A stretch of 64,000 nt of DNA from Candidatus Omnitrophota bacterium (GTDB lineage Bacteria > Omnitrophota > Gorgyraeia > Gygaellales > Profunditerraquicolaceae). Below, one piece after another: positions 1-10,117 of the stretch. The translations under genes and the position numbers were made by a program. The notes under the pieces are model-generated. The model saw only the letters and a program-made list of their open reading frames with translations, did no database searches and was not told the origin of the DNA. The DNA lies in the NCBI GenBank assembly GCA_016208765.1, contig JACQXK010000106.1, positions 20,256 through 84,255 of the forward strand, given 5' to 3'. The stretch's first letter is position 1. Each line of letters starts with the position of its first letter.

Positions 1-1
1 G

Positions 2-466
2 ATTTTGCCCGAGACAAGGTTTTGCGCTTTTAAATTCATGCGTAGAAATTTTTTCCTGGGCCGTTTTATGCGATATGGCGGTTGGTATCACTGGTCGCAG
101 CATCTTTATAAGAAAGGCCTTGCTCATTACGAAGGCAGAGTGCATGAAAAGATGATCGTTAATGGAAATATAGGTGAGATTAAGGCGGATATTTTGCATT
201 ATCCTTTTGATTCAATTACCGAGTTTGTTGACCGCCAGAACCGTTACACAAACCTGCAGGCGCAGGATATTATTGATACTGAGCAGGATTTAAATTTAAA
301 GAAAGTAAAATATAATTTAACCTGGAAGCCTTTAAAGTTATTTAAGAAAATGTATTTTAACAAGAAGGGTTACAAAGAAGGCATACACGGATTGGTTTTT
401 TCCGGGTTGTTTGTTTTTGTTCATTTTATTAAATGGGCCAAGGTGTGGGAAAAGATTAAAGAATGA
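2..466 (+). CDS. Glycosyltransferase family 2 (WaaE/KdtX-like), C-terminal part; 5' end lies outside the window
   Basis: RRNFFLGRFMRYGGWY, VHE, ILHY and GYKEGIHG motifs; paralogous to 10118..10894; reading frame is open to the window edge. Confidence 0.8.
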   Translation: MLPETRFCAFKFMRRNFFLGRFMRYGGWYHWSQHLYKKGLAHYEGRVHEKMIVNGNIGEIKADILHYPFDSITEFVDRQNRYTNLQAQDIIDTEQDLNLKKVKYNLTWKPLKLFKKMYFNKKGYKEGIHGLVFSGLFVFVHFIKWAKVWEKIKE

Positions 467-1248
467 ATATCTTTAAGGGCTGGTCCAGAAAAGAAATAGA
501 GGCGTTTGGGCAGAAAGATATTCAGGATTTTATTATTGACGGTAAATTTCCCTATACAACCAGAGTCTTCTTTGTCCAGCATTTAATACCTTATTTATTT
601 TTTAAAACGTTTTACCAAGATAAATTTATCCTTGAGATAGGCATTGGAGACGGTTTTGGAAGTTTTTATTTGTCAGGGTTTTCGCACAGGGTAGTAAGTT
701 TAGATATGGATTTTTCCTGCAAAGATCACTTGGGCAGGTATATAGAACGATTTAACGTTTCTAATATAAATTTTGTTAACGCGGATGCTTCAAGATTGCC
801 CTTTGCTGATGAAAGCTTTGACGGGGTAATTGCCTGTCAGCTGATTGAGCACATCCCTGAGGACAGGCTAAGTTTTTTCTTACAGGAAATAAACCGGGTG
901 ATGAAGAAAAAAGCAAGGGCGTTGTTAGTTACCTTAAATGTTGAAAGAAACATTAAAAATCCCTTAAAGTATGAGAAATTCCAGCAGCACCATAAGGAAT
1001 TCACAAAAACTGAATTTAAGGATTTGCTTAAATCCGCGTTTTTTTCGGTTGATATTTTTGGTTTAAATGAAGGGTTCATGTGCAGGTTTTTTCTTCGTTT
1101 AAAAAGATGGGGTTTAATGAAATATAATCAATCGGGCTATAATCCTGTAATTCGTTTTTATGAAAATATTCTTCCTAAAAATTATGATGTCAGCAAAAAA
1201 ATTACAAAAAGAAGTATTGATTTAATCGGTTTGTGCCAGAAAGCATAA
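463..1248 (+). CDS. Class I SAM-dependent methyltransferase
   Basis: ILEIGIGDG motif I, DASRLPFADESFD, LIEHI. Confidence 0.85.
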   Translation: MNIFKGWSRKEIEAFGQKDIQDFIIDGKFPYTTRVFFVQHLIPYLFFKTFYQDKFILEIGIGDGFGSFYLSGFSHRVVSLDMDFSCKDHLGRYIERFNVSNINFVNADASRLPFADESFDGVIACQLIEHIPEDRLSFFLQEINRVMKKKARALLVTLNVERNIKNPLKYEKFQQHHKEFTKTEFKDLLKSAFFSVDIFGLNEGFMCRFFLRLKRWGLMKYNQSGYNPVIRFYENILPKNYDVSKKITKRSIDLIGLCQKA

Positions 1249-1249
1249 A

Positions 1250-3286
1250 ATGATCATCGTATTCATATCTAATTTTATAGTTGGTTTATCCGGGTACTTG
1301 GTTGCTGCAAGATTTTTGCAGATCAAAACCCAGGTTGATTTTTTAATTTCTGTTTTTATTCTTTATCTTTCGCAGATAATCTTAACTGAACTTTTGCTGG
1401 GTGTTTTCGGGATTTTAAATTTAACCAACTTAATTTTGTTTAATCTGCTTATTTTAGTTTTTGTGCTGATTTTATCAAGAAGCAAGAAAGCACGCATTGA
1501 TTTATCTTTGTTTAAACGTGCTGCTCAAGATTTGTTGAATAACAAGGTTATACTTATCTGTGTTTCTTTGATCATTGGTTTTGGCATAGTTAAATTATTC
1601 ATTAATTTAATATACGCGCCTTTTGGCTGGGATAATTTAAGTTATCATTTTGTCTTCCCTGTAGAGTGGCTCAAGCATGCAAACCTTGAGAATCCCATCA
1701 CGCTTTGTGACGACCCAAGCCCGTCATATTATCCCATAAATGGGAGCTTGTTTTTTCTATGGTGGATGCTGCCGTTAAAAAATGTATTTTTGGCTGACCT
1801 TGCTCAAACGCCATTTTTTATTTTGGCAGTATTGTCAATTTATTCAATTTGCCGAAAGCTAAGGCTAAATAGGGAGTTTTCTTTTTATGCCGCGGCATTG
1901 TTTTTGATTACTCCAAATGTTTTCAAGCAATTAGAGATTGCTTATGTGGATGTAATGGTTGCCGGATTGTTTTTGACGGGATTGAATTTCTTGCTTAGCC
2001 TTAAAGAAGATTTTAACTGGCAGAATTTACTGCTTTGGTCAGTTTCTTTCGGGTTATTTTTGGGGACAAAGACATCGGCGGTAATTTACGGGGTATTTCT
2101 GTTTATTTATTTTGCTTATATTTTGTTTAAACAAAAGAACAGATTTATTTATTTAATTTTATTCTTATTGGTCTCGCTTGTTTTAGGAGGGTTTTCTTAT
2201 ATAAAAAGTATTTTGCTGACCTTGAATCCCTTGTACCCGGCAGATATTTATTTATTTGGAAAGAACATTTTTAAAGGGGTTGTGCCGTTTTCTTTTTACC
2301 GTGATCATTGGACGCTTGATGATCTTAATTTAGGAAAATTTCTTTTTAGCGAAGGATTAGGGGGGCAATTTTTGATCTTTGTGCTTCCGGCAATATTCCT
2401 GGGAGTGCCGGTTGCCTTAATAAGAAAAGCAAAAGAGATAAATTTTACCCTTATTTTTATTTTGGCCTTGCCTTTGTTGTTAATTGTTTCATTCTTACTG
2501 TTCATGCCTCAATTTTGGGTAAGGTATTTGTATACTTTCCTGGCAGCAGGTTTTATTGCTGGTTTTCTAACTGTTGATTCTTTAAGGATTCCTGTAAAGG
2601 TTGTGCGCGTGATTGTGATAGTTTGTTTTTTTGCCAGTGCCGGAGAATTGTCCGGGAGTTGGGAAATTGCCGCATCCTTTATTTTAGCAATTTTAACATT
2701 TTTTTTATTGCCTAAAATATTACGGATAAAATTAAACTTATCGCGTATTTTAATTTTCTTTGTTTTTTGTTTGGTTGTTTTACACTTGCTTAATTCCTTT
2801 TATGATGCCAATGAATATAATTCTTATCTTAAGAATACGCCTTTTCCTCATGAGGATAGGCAGGCTTGGAAATGGTTAAATGATAATACTCCGTTAACCG
2901 GAAGCCGCATTGCTTATGCCGGCATACCTCATGTTTTGCCGCTTTATGGAACGCATTTTAAAAATGACGTTTCTTATGTTTCAGTAAATAAAGTCAATCC
3001 GGTATGCTTGCATGATTTTCCAAATGGAAAGTATTATTGGTTTAAGGATTATATGCAGTTTCATAAAAACCTTGAGAAAGAAGGTAATTATCGCGAGAAC
3101 CCGGACTATAACACTTGGTTGGGAAATTTAACTTCAGATAAAATTGACTACTTGGTGGTTTATTCATTGAGGATGAGTAATAAAAATATTTTTCCTATTG
3201 AAGACCTGTGGGCAAATGGGCATGCGGATAGATTTCAGCTGGTATTTAATCGTGAAAAAGTACATATCTTTAAGGTGGCTCAGTAA
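1250..3286 (+). CDS. Polytopic membrane protein, probable GT-C (ArnT/PMT-like) glycosyltransferase
   Basis: Many hydrophobic segments; GWDNLSYH first-loop motif; YYP, YVD and GTK motifs; soluble C-terminal domain. Confidence 0.6.
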   Translation: MIIVFISNFIVGLSGYLVAARFLQIKTQVDFLISVFILYLSQIILTELLLGVFGILNLTNLILFNLLILVFVLILSRSKKARIDLSLFKRAAQDLLNNKVILICVSLIIGFGIVKLFINLIYAPFGWDNLSYHFVFPVEWLKHANLENPITLCDDPSPSYYPINGSLFFLWWMLPLKNVFLADLAQTPFFILAVLSIYSICRKLRLNREFSFYAAALFLITPNVFKQLEIAYVDVMVAGLFLTGLNFLLSLKEDFNWQNLLLWSVSFGLFLGTKTSAVIYGVFLFIYFAYILFKQKNRFIYLILFLLVSLVLGGFSYIKSILLTLNPLYPADIYLFGKNIFKGVVPFSFYRDHWTLDDLNLGKFLFSEGLGGQFLIFVLPAIFLGVPVALIRKAKEINFTLIFILALPLLLIVSFLLFMPQFWVRYLYTFLAAGFIAGFLTVDSLRIPVKVVRVIVIVCFFASAGELSGSWEIAASFILAILTFFLLPKILRIKLNLSRILIFFVFCLVVLHLLNSFYDANEYNSYLKNTPFPHEDRQAWKWLNDNTPLTGSRIAYAGIPHVLPLYGTHFKNDVSYVSVNKVNPVCLHDFPNGKYYWFKDYMQFHKNLEKEGNYRENPDYNTWLGNLTSDKIDYLVVYSLRMSNKNIFPIEDLWANGHADRFQLVFNREKVHIFKVAQ

Positions 3287-3984
3287 TGAAAATATCTTTA
3301 GTTGTTCCTGCACATAATGAAGAAGAAAACATCCTTGATTTATTGAACAAGATAGAAAATACACTAAAGCTTGATCACGAATTGATAGTTGTAGACGATC
3401 ATTCAACTGATAAAACTCCGGAGCTGGTAAGACAGGCGATGCGCCAGCACCAGAATATAAGACTGGTGCAGAATGCGCTTGAAAGCGGTTTTGCAAATGC
3501 CATTAAAGCAGGCTTTAGCGCTGTCAGCACAGATGTTGTTGTACCGATCATGGGTGATTTGTGCGATGATCTATCCACTATTCCTTTAATGCTTGAGAAG
3601 ATTACACAAGGCTATGATGTGGTTTGTGGCTCAAGATATATAAAAGGAGGCAGCAGGCTGGGAGGATCCGGGATCAAGGGGTTTCTTTCCGGATTAGGAG
3701 GTAAATCTTTGCATTCTCTCCTGGGTTTTCCTTCTTCTGATATCAGCAATGCTTTTAAGATGTACCGTAAGAAAGTGATAGAAACTATAAAAATAGATTC
3801 AACCGGTTTTGAGGTATCTATGGAAATTCCTTTAAAGGCCTTTTTTACGGGTTTTAAGATCACTGAGGTTCCGACGGTTTGGCGCGAACGTTCAAAGGGA
3901 AAATCAAGCTTTAAAATATTTAAGCTTTTGCCAAGTTACCTGAAGCTGTATTTTTGGGCGATAATGAGGAAATTTAAGAAATGA
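3286..3984 (+). CDS. GT2 polyprenol-phosphate glycosyltransferase (DPM synthase-like)
   Basis: VVPAHNEEEN, VVDDHSTD, GSRY, GFEVSME, R-x-x-GKS. Confidence 0.85.
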   Translation: MKISLVVPAHNEEENILDLLNKIENTLKLDHELIVVDDHSTDKTPELVRQAMRQHQNIRLVQNALESGFANAIKAGFSAVSTDVVVPIMGDLCDDLSTIPLMLEKITQGYDVVCGSRYIKGGSRLGGSGIKGFLSGLGGKSLHSLLGFPSSDISNAFKMYRKKVIETIKIDSTGFEVSMEIPLKAFFTGFKITEVPTVWRERSKGKSSFKIFKLLPSYLKLYFWAIMRKFKK

Positions 3985-4667
3985 ATACGCCGCTGTTATC
4001 TGTAATTGTCCCGGTTTTTAATGAAGCAAAGACTATACGTGTTATTCTTGAAAGAATAAGCGCGGTAGAGGGCATTGAAAAAGAGATCATTGTGGTGGAT
4101 GACGGTTCTACTGACGGCACTGACCGTTTATTAAAAGATTTAAGCAATAAGAGCGTGAGGATAATTTATCATTCCAGCCAGAGAGGCAAGGGAGCTGCTT
4201 TTTTGACCGGCCTTGACAATGCGCAAGGAGAACTGGTGATTATCCAGGATGCTGATTTTGAATATGATCCTAATGACTTCTCAAAACTTATTCAGGCTTA
4301 TAAGCAGCAGAATGCTGATTTGGTTTTTGGGGCAAGGTTTATAAATGGCCACGACGGTTTATTCTTGCACCGCTTGGGAAACAAGGTTTTGACCATGGTT
4401 TTAAATGTTCTTTTTGGAAGCAAACTAAATGATTACGCCACCTGTTATAAACTGGCGTCACGAAGCACCTTTATTGAGCTTGGCCTTAAGGCTTCTGGTT
4501 TTGATATTGATGTTGAAATTGTCTGTAACGCGTTAAAAAAGAAGAAAAGGATCGTTGAGCTGCCGGTTGCTTACTTTCCGCGCACATATAAAGATGGTAA
4601 GAAAATAAGGTGGCGCGATGGAATCTGGGCTCTATTTTATATGATAAAGTACCGTTTACTACGTTAA
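3981..4667 (+). CDS. GT2 polyprenol-phosphate glycosyltransferase (DPM synthase-like)
   Basis: VPVFNEAKT, VDDGSTDGT, GKGAA, QDADFEYDP, GKKIRWRDG. Confidence 0.85.
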   Translation: MNTPLLSVIVPVFNEAKTIRVILERISAVEGIEKEIIVVDDGSTDGTDRLLKDLSNKSVRIIYHSSQRGKGAAFLTGLDNAQGELVIIQDADFEYDPNDFSKLIQAYKQQNADLVFGARFINGHDGLFLHRLGNKVLTMVLNVLFGSKLNDYATCYKLASRSTFIELGLKASGFDIDVEIVCNALKKKKRIVELPVAYFPRTYKDGKKIRWRDGIWALFYMIKYRLLR

Positions 4668-4675
4668 TAATAACT

Positions 4676-5932
4676 ATGAAAGAAAAAATAATTTTATTTT
4701 GTGACCGGGCTGCGTATTGGTCGCTTATTTTGATCCCTTTTTCCGTTGCTGTTGCTCCATTTTTCAGCAGCTTTTTTGTCAGTTTTCTCTTTGTGAATTT
4801 TTTCTTAAAGAAAATCCTGAAAAAAGAAAAATTCTTTGTAAAAAGCGCTATTGACCTTCCGTTTTTAGCTTTTGTGCTTATTTCTATTATTTCAATAGTT
4901 AATTCAATTGACTTGCGCGCCAGCATCAGAGGGGTTTTTAAGTTGGTTGAGTTTGGGCTTACTTTTCTTATTTTCATTGAAGAATTAAGGGACCTTAAGC
5001 ATATTAAAAGAATTGTTTTAAGTATTATATGCGGAGCTTGTGTTGCCTCAATTGATGCGATTTGGCAGATGCAGACGGGGTGGGATTTTATCCGAGGAAA
5101 TCGTATAGATGTTAATGGGACTATCGGTTTAAAGCGCGCAACCGCAGGGTTTCCTAATCCAAATGTTTTAGGTGTTTATTTATCATCCTTTGTAGTTTTT
5201 TCTTTTGGGTTGTTGCGTTATGATCTTGATTTTCTTTCAAAGCTTGGGAAAACAAAATTTAACTTACTAAGATTATCCATGATTTTGGTTTTGTTTTCCG
5301 GCCTTTTTTTCACATTTGCAAGACCTGCGGCATTGGCATTGGCTGTGAGTATTTTTATTTACGGGATTATAAAAAAGGACAAGGCCGTTTTAGCTTTATT
5401 GCTGGCAATTATTTTTCTTTTTCCGCTTTTTGCTCCAAAGAGCATAAAGAAATGGGCAAAAGAAGTTAAATATCGGCCGGCTATCTTAATGTGCAATGCC
5501 GACAGGATGAATATTTATCGCAACTCTATTAATATGATTAAGCACAATCCCATAATCGGTGTCGGCCTGAACACGTTCTCTAAGAATTATCATTTATATA
5601 AACTTCCGGAGCAGGAAGGGGCAAAAACCAGCGATACAATTTATGCGCATAATAATTTCTTTCAAATGGCAGGAGAGACCGGTTTGTTAGGCTTGTTTGC
5701 TTTCTTGTGGATGTTATTTTGTTTATTTAAGGAGGATTTTTCTATTTACAAGGCCATGAAAAACAAAGGACTGAAGTTGATTTTACTTTGTGCCGTAGTT
5801 TCATTAATAGCTTTCTTGATTAACGGATTGACTGAAACGAGCCTTTATTATTCCCGTGTTTCAATTATATTCTGGTATATGCTGGGGTTTTCTTTGGCGC
5901 TAAAGAAATTTATAAATACCGATGAAATTTAA
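4676..5932 (+). CDS. O-antigen ligase family protein (WaaL-like)
   Basis: Multi-TM protein with F-x-NPN, GVGLNTF and AHNNFFQMAGETGLLG; start moved to ATG 4676, after the upstream stop. Confidence 0.85.
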   Translation: MKEKIILFCDRAAYWSLILIPFSVAVAPFFSSFFVSFLFVNFFLKKILKKEKFFVKSAIDLPFLAFVLISIISIVNSIDLRASIRGVFKLVEFGLTFLIFIEELRDLKHIKRIVLSIICGACVASIDAIWQMQTGWDFIRGNRIDVNGTIGLKRATAGFPNPNVLGVYLSSFVVFSFGLLRYDLDFLSKLGKTKFNLLRLSMILVLFSGLFFTFARPAALALAVSIFIYGIIKKDKAVLALLLAIIFLFPLFAPKSIKKWAKEVKYRPAILMCNADRMNIYRNSINMIKHNPIIGVGLNTFSKNYHLYKLPEQEGAKTSDTIYAHNNFFQMAGETGLLGLFAFLWMLFCLFKEDFSIYKAMKNKGLKLILLCAVVSLIAFLINGLTETSLYYSRVSIIFWYMLGFSLALKKFINTDEI

Positions 5933-6890
5933 TAAAATACTTGTTGTAAGAAGCGACAGGTTCGGGGAATTCTTATTGAATATTCCTGCAATCCGGGCCA
6001 TAAGAGAAGCTTATCCTAACGCGGAGATAATCCTTTTTGTTAATTCTTCTGTGGTAGATCTTGCCCGCTGCCTGCCATATGTGGATGAGATCCTTGAATG
6101 TGACAAGGCCAGTAACGGGTTTTTAAAGAAGCTCAGGTTTATAAATAGCCTTAAGAAATTTAAGTTTGATGCGGCGGTAATGCTGAATCCCTCAAAGGAT
6201 TTTAATATCGTAACTTTTCTTGCAGGTATCCCGGTAAGAGCCGGGTATGACCGTAAATGGGGGTTTTTGCTTAACCGTAAAATTATGGACAATAAACACC
6301 TGGGGTTAAGCCATGAGGTGGAATATAATTTAGAACTTGTTTCTTTAATTGGAGCAAAGACCGATAATAAGGCCGTCATATTGGATTTAGATATGCATGA
6401 AGTTGATAAGTTTGCCGCATATATCGGGATTGATAAGTTTGATAATCTGGTTGCAATACATCCTTGGACAAGCGATCCTTTGAAGCAATGGAGCCAGGAG
6501 AATTTTCGCCTGCTGGCTAAAAGATTAATTGATGAATTAAAATTGAAAATATTAATCGTGGGCACAAAAGATAAAATTGAAAAAAGCAAAGCCTTGTTCG
6601 GTGATTTAGGAAATTCTGTATTTGATATTACCGGCAAAACCGGCCTTAGAGAGTTAGCATGGTGCCTAAAAAAATGCAGGCTCTTGATTTCTGCGGATAG
6701 CGGGCCTGTGCATCTTGCAAGCGCAGTCGGTACGCCGGCAATTGCGCTATTTCGTAATGATATTCCCGGTAAATGTTCAAGGCGATGGGGGCCCTGGGGG
6801 GATAAACACATAGTTATTGAAAAGCCGGCTTTAAGCGCTATTTCAGTTGATGAAGTTTTCTTAAAAGCGAAGGAGGCGCTCAAAATATAA
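5922..6890 (+). CDS. Glycosyltransferase family 9 (LPS heptosyltransferase-like)
   Basis: KILVVRSDRFGE, DSGPVHLASAVGTPAIALF, WGP. Confidence 0.9.
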   Translation: MKFNKILVVRSDRFGEFLLNIPAIRAIREAYPNAEIILFVNSSVVDLARCLPYVDEILECDKASNGFLKKLRFINSLKKFKFDAAVMLNPSKDFNIVTFLAGIPVRAGYDRKWGFLLNRKIMDNKHLGLSHEVEYNLELVSLIGAKTDNKAVILDLDMHEVDKFAAYIGIDKFDNLVAIHPWTSDPLKQWSQENFRLLAKRLIDELKLKILIVGTKDKIEKSKALFGDLGNSVFDITGKTGLRELAWCLKKCRLLISADSGPVHLASAVGTPAIALFRNDIPGKCSRRWGPWGDKHIVIEKPALSAISVDEVFLKAKEALKI

Positions 6891-7937
6891 ATGATCCATG
6901 TTATTGTTTTGTCAGGCGGATCAGGCACGCGTTTTTGGCCATTAAGCAGGCAACGTTTACCAAAGCAGTTCCTGAGTGTTTGTTCAGAAAGACCAATGAT
7001 AAAAGATACGTTGCTGAGGCTGGATAAATTATTGCCCAGAGAAAATATTTATATCGCTGCGGGCCTGATACACAAAAAGCTGATAAAACAATGCGCCAAT
7101 AGCCTACTCGTGCCTTTAAAGAATTGTTTTTTTGAGCCAAGCGCAAAAAACACCTTTAGCCCCATTGTTTTGTTGTCGCAGAAGATCAGTGCGCTTGACC
7201 CTGATGCAGTAATTGCAGTTTTACCTTCGGATCATTTTATAAAAGACGCTGTTTCTTTCAGGAAAATTATTAACAAGGCAGTTTCTGTTGCAAAGAACGG
7301 CTGTATTGTAACTTTGGGGATTACTCCTAAAAGCCCGGAAACCGGATATGGATACATAAAAATAAGGTCTGATAATAAAGAGAGAGGTTTTTATTTTATT
7401 GAAAAGTTTACTGAGAAACCGGTTTTGGCGGTTGCAAAAAGATTTGTAAAAGACAGGCGTTATTATTGGAATGCGGGGATGTTTATTTTTAAGGCCAAGG
7501 TAATGCTTGAAGAGGCAAAAAAATACATGCCGCGGGAAGCAGCGCTTATTGGTAAAATGCATAATAAAACGAGATTAGAAAATCTCTGGGACAAGTTACC
7601 TTCTATATCCATAGATTACGCAATAATGGAAAAAAGCGCCAAAACCGCCTTGATTCCTGCTGATTTCGGCTGGTCTGATATAGGCAGTTGGCAGGCGCTT
7701 GGGGAAATATTAGAAAAAGACGCACAAGGAAATATTATTCGTGGAAGATCAATTACTTTAGATTGTAAAAATAGTTTAATTTTTGCGGATAAACGGCTTG
7801 TGGCAGCAGTGGGTGTTAAAGACATAGTTATTGTAGATACGGCTGATGCGCTTTTGGTTTGCGCTAAAGACAAGGCGCAGGATGTTAAACAGCTTGTAGA
7901 ATTACTAAAAAAGCGTAAATACGAAAAATACATTTGA
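6891..7937 (+). CDS. manC: Mannose-1-phosphate guanylyltransferase
   Basis: GGSGTRFWPLSR, PKQF, PSDH, ETGYGYI, WNAGMF, SIDYAIME, WSDIGSW. Confidence 0.92.
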   Translation: MIHVIVLSGGSGTRFWPLSRQRLPKQFLSVCSERPMIKDTLLRLDKLLPRENIYIAAGLIHKKLIKQCANSLLVPLKNCFFEPSAKNTFSPIVLLSQKISALDPDAVIAVLPSDHFIKDAVSFRKIINKAVSVAKNGCIVTLGITPKSPETGYGYIKIRSDNKERGFYFIEKFTEKPVLAVAKRFVKDRRYYWNAGMFIFKAKVMLEEAKKYMPREAALIGKMHNKTRLENLWDKLPSISIDYAIMEKSAKTALIPADFGWSDIGSWQALGEILEKDAQGNIIRGRSITLDCKNSLIFADKRLVAAVGVKDIVIVDTADALLVCAKDKAQDVKQLVELLKKRKYEKYI

Positions 7938-9001
7938 GAAAAATCCTGATTATAAACCCTTTTGGTATCGGTGATTGTTTATTTACCACTCCTGTTATCA
8001 GGGCAATTAAAGAGAAGTGCCCTGGTTGTTTTATCGGATTCTGGTCTAACCAAAGAGTCGGGAGCTTATTAAAAAACAACCAAAGGATAGATTTAGTCAT
8101 TCCTTTTTCACGGGGAGACCTGAAAAAAGTTTTCACAGATTCATTTTTTAAAGGTTTAAAAGCGTTCTTTGATTTATTAAAGCAAATCCGCAGGCAAAGA
8201 TTTGATGTATGTTTGGATTTTTCTCTTGATCATCGTTATGGTTTTATTGCCAAGCTTTTAGGGATAAAAAAGAGGATCGGATTTAATTATAAAAATCGCG
8301 GTTTTTTTCTAACCCATAAGATTGATCTAAAAGGGTATGATTCCAGGCACATGGTTGAATATTACCTTGAATTGCTTAAATATCTGGATATAGAGCCTTC
8401 TAATTAAGATTTAGAGTTATTTGTGCAGGAAAAGAATCAGATAAGAATGAAGCATGTTTTTGAGGCAGCAGGTTTTTCAGAGAATGATTTTATTGTGGGT
8501 ATTGCCCCGGGTGCAGGAGCAAGCTGGGGTAAGGATGCAAAGTTTAAACATTGGCCGGCAATAAAGTATGCACAGCTTGCAGAAAAACTAAGCCTTGATT
8601 TAGGGGCAAAGATTGTGATCCTGGGAGATTCTTCTGATATGCCGATTGGTGAAATGATCTTCGGGATGATGAAAAATAAGCCGTTAGATCTAACGGGAAA
8701 AACCAGCTTAGGGGATTTTGCAGCTGCAATTAAGAATTTAAATATTCTTGTTACCAATGATGGCGGGCCGTTGCATGTGGCAGTTGCTTTGGGAATAAAT
8801 ACCGTGTCTTTGTTTGGGCCGGTAGATGATTTAACCTATGGGCCGTACCCTGCAAGCAGCAAGCATGTTGTGATTAAGAAAGATTTGGCTTGCCGGCCTT
8901 GTTATAAGAATTTTCGCATGCCTTTGTGCCAGTTTGACCGCGAGTGTATAAAATCCATTGAGGTTGATGATGTTTTTACAATGATCAGGAGGATGAAGTG
9001 A
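7934..9001 (+). pseudogene. waaF: GT9 LPS heptosyltransferase II-like gene interrupted by one in-frame TAA at 8405-8407 (real nonsense allele or base-call error)
   Basis: ORFs 7934..8407 (GIGD motif) and 8423..9001 (NDGGPLHVA, CRPC) are in the same frame; the junction reads PSN*DLELFVQEK. Confidence 0.75.
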
Positions 9002-10116
9002 GGATCCAATTTTCCAATTTAGGGCTGCAGCATAAAGAAATTAAAAAGGAAATATTGCAATCTGTAAATAAGGTAATTAAAAACGGCGATTTTATTCTGG
9101 GTGATGATGTGCGCCTTTTTGAAGAAGAGTTTGCCAAGTTTTGCAACTGTAATTATGGGGTAGGGGTGAGTTCAGGGACCGCAGCTTTATTTCTTGCCTG
9201 TCTTAGCGCCGGAGTCGGGCCGCAAGATGAGGTGATCGTGCCTGCATTTACTTATATCGCTACTGCCTTGAGCGTTTCTTATACCGGAGCAAAACCTGTT
9301 TTTGTTGATATTGAAGAGGATACTTATAACATTGATATCCATAAGATAAAAAGCGCTATCACAAAAAATACTAAGGCAATTATGCCGGTTCATCTTTACG
9401 GCCACCCTGCGAATATGCCGGCAATTATGAAAATTGCCGATGAATATAATTTAAAGGTGATTGAAGATGCTGCCCAGGCGCACGGAGCAAGTATTAAGTT
9501 GGAGAATGGAAGCTGGAAGATTACCGGAGGTATCGGCGATATCGGGTGTTTTAGCTTTTATCCTTCCAAAAATTTAGGGGCATTGGGTGATGGCGGCATG
9601 GTTGTTACAAATGACAAGGAAACCTATAAGAAGCTGCTTATGTTCAGGGATTACGGAAGGATTTCAAAATATGAGCATGCGATCATCGGGTATAATTCCC
9701 GTCTGGATACTTTGCAAGCCGGGATTTTGCGCGTAAAATTAAAAAAGCTGAATTTATGGAATAATATGCGCATAAAAGCAGCCAAGCTTTATAACAAATT
9801 TTTAGGCGATATAGAAGGGGTAATTGTCCCCTCAGTGTTACCAACAGTCAAACACGTGTATCATGTTTACGTGATCAGGTCTAAGAAACGGGATGAATTA
9901 TTCAACAGTTTAAAAGATGCGGGTGTGTCTGCCATTATCCATTATCCAATTCCGCTTCATTTACAAAAGGCTTATGAAGATTTAGGGTATAAAACCGGGG
10001 ATTTTCCTGTTTCTGAAAAAGTTGCCCAGGAAATTATTTCTCTGCCAATGTACCCGCATATTACTGAAAAGGAAATTAAATACGTAGCAGGCGTGATTAA
10101 GAAAGTTTTGTCATAA
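8998..10116 (+). CDS. DegT/DnrJ/EryC1/StrS PLP-dependent sugar aminotransferase
   Basis: SSGTAAL, PVHLYG, EDAAQAHGA, FSFYPSKNLGALGDGG, GYNSRLD. Confidence 0.93.
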   Translation: MRIQFSNLGLQHKEIKKEILQSVNKVIKNGDFILGDDVRLFEEEFAKFCNCNYGVGVSSGTAALFLACLSAGVGPQDEVIVPAFTYIATALSVSYTGAKPVFVDIEEDTYNIDIHKIKSAITKNTKAIMPVHLYGHPANMPAIMKIADEYNLKVIEDAAQAHGASIKLENGSWKITGGIGDIGCFSFYPSKNLGALGDGGMVVTNDKETYKKLLMFRDYGRISKYEHAIIGYNSRLDTLQAGILRVKLKKLNLWNNMRIKAAKLYNKFLGDIEGVIVPSVLPTVKHVYHVYVIRSKKRDELFNSLKDAGVSAIIHYPIPLHLQKAYEDLGYKTGDFPVSEKVAQEIISLPMYPHITEKEIKYVAGVIKKVLS

Positions 10117-10117
10117 A

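Noticed and set aside
6011-6928. 305-aa minus-strand ORF and other antisense ORFs (e.g. 17859..18353, 41922..42524, 59580..60005)
   Set aside because: They are shadows of well-supported + strand genes, with no recognisable motifs.
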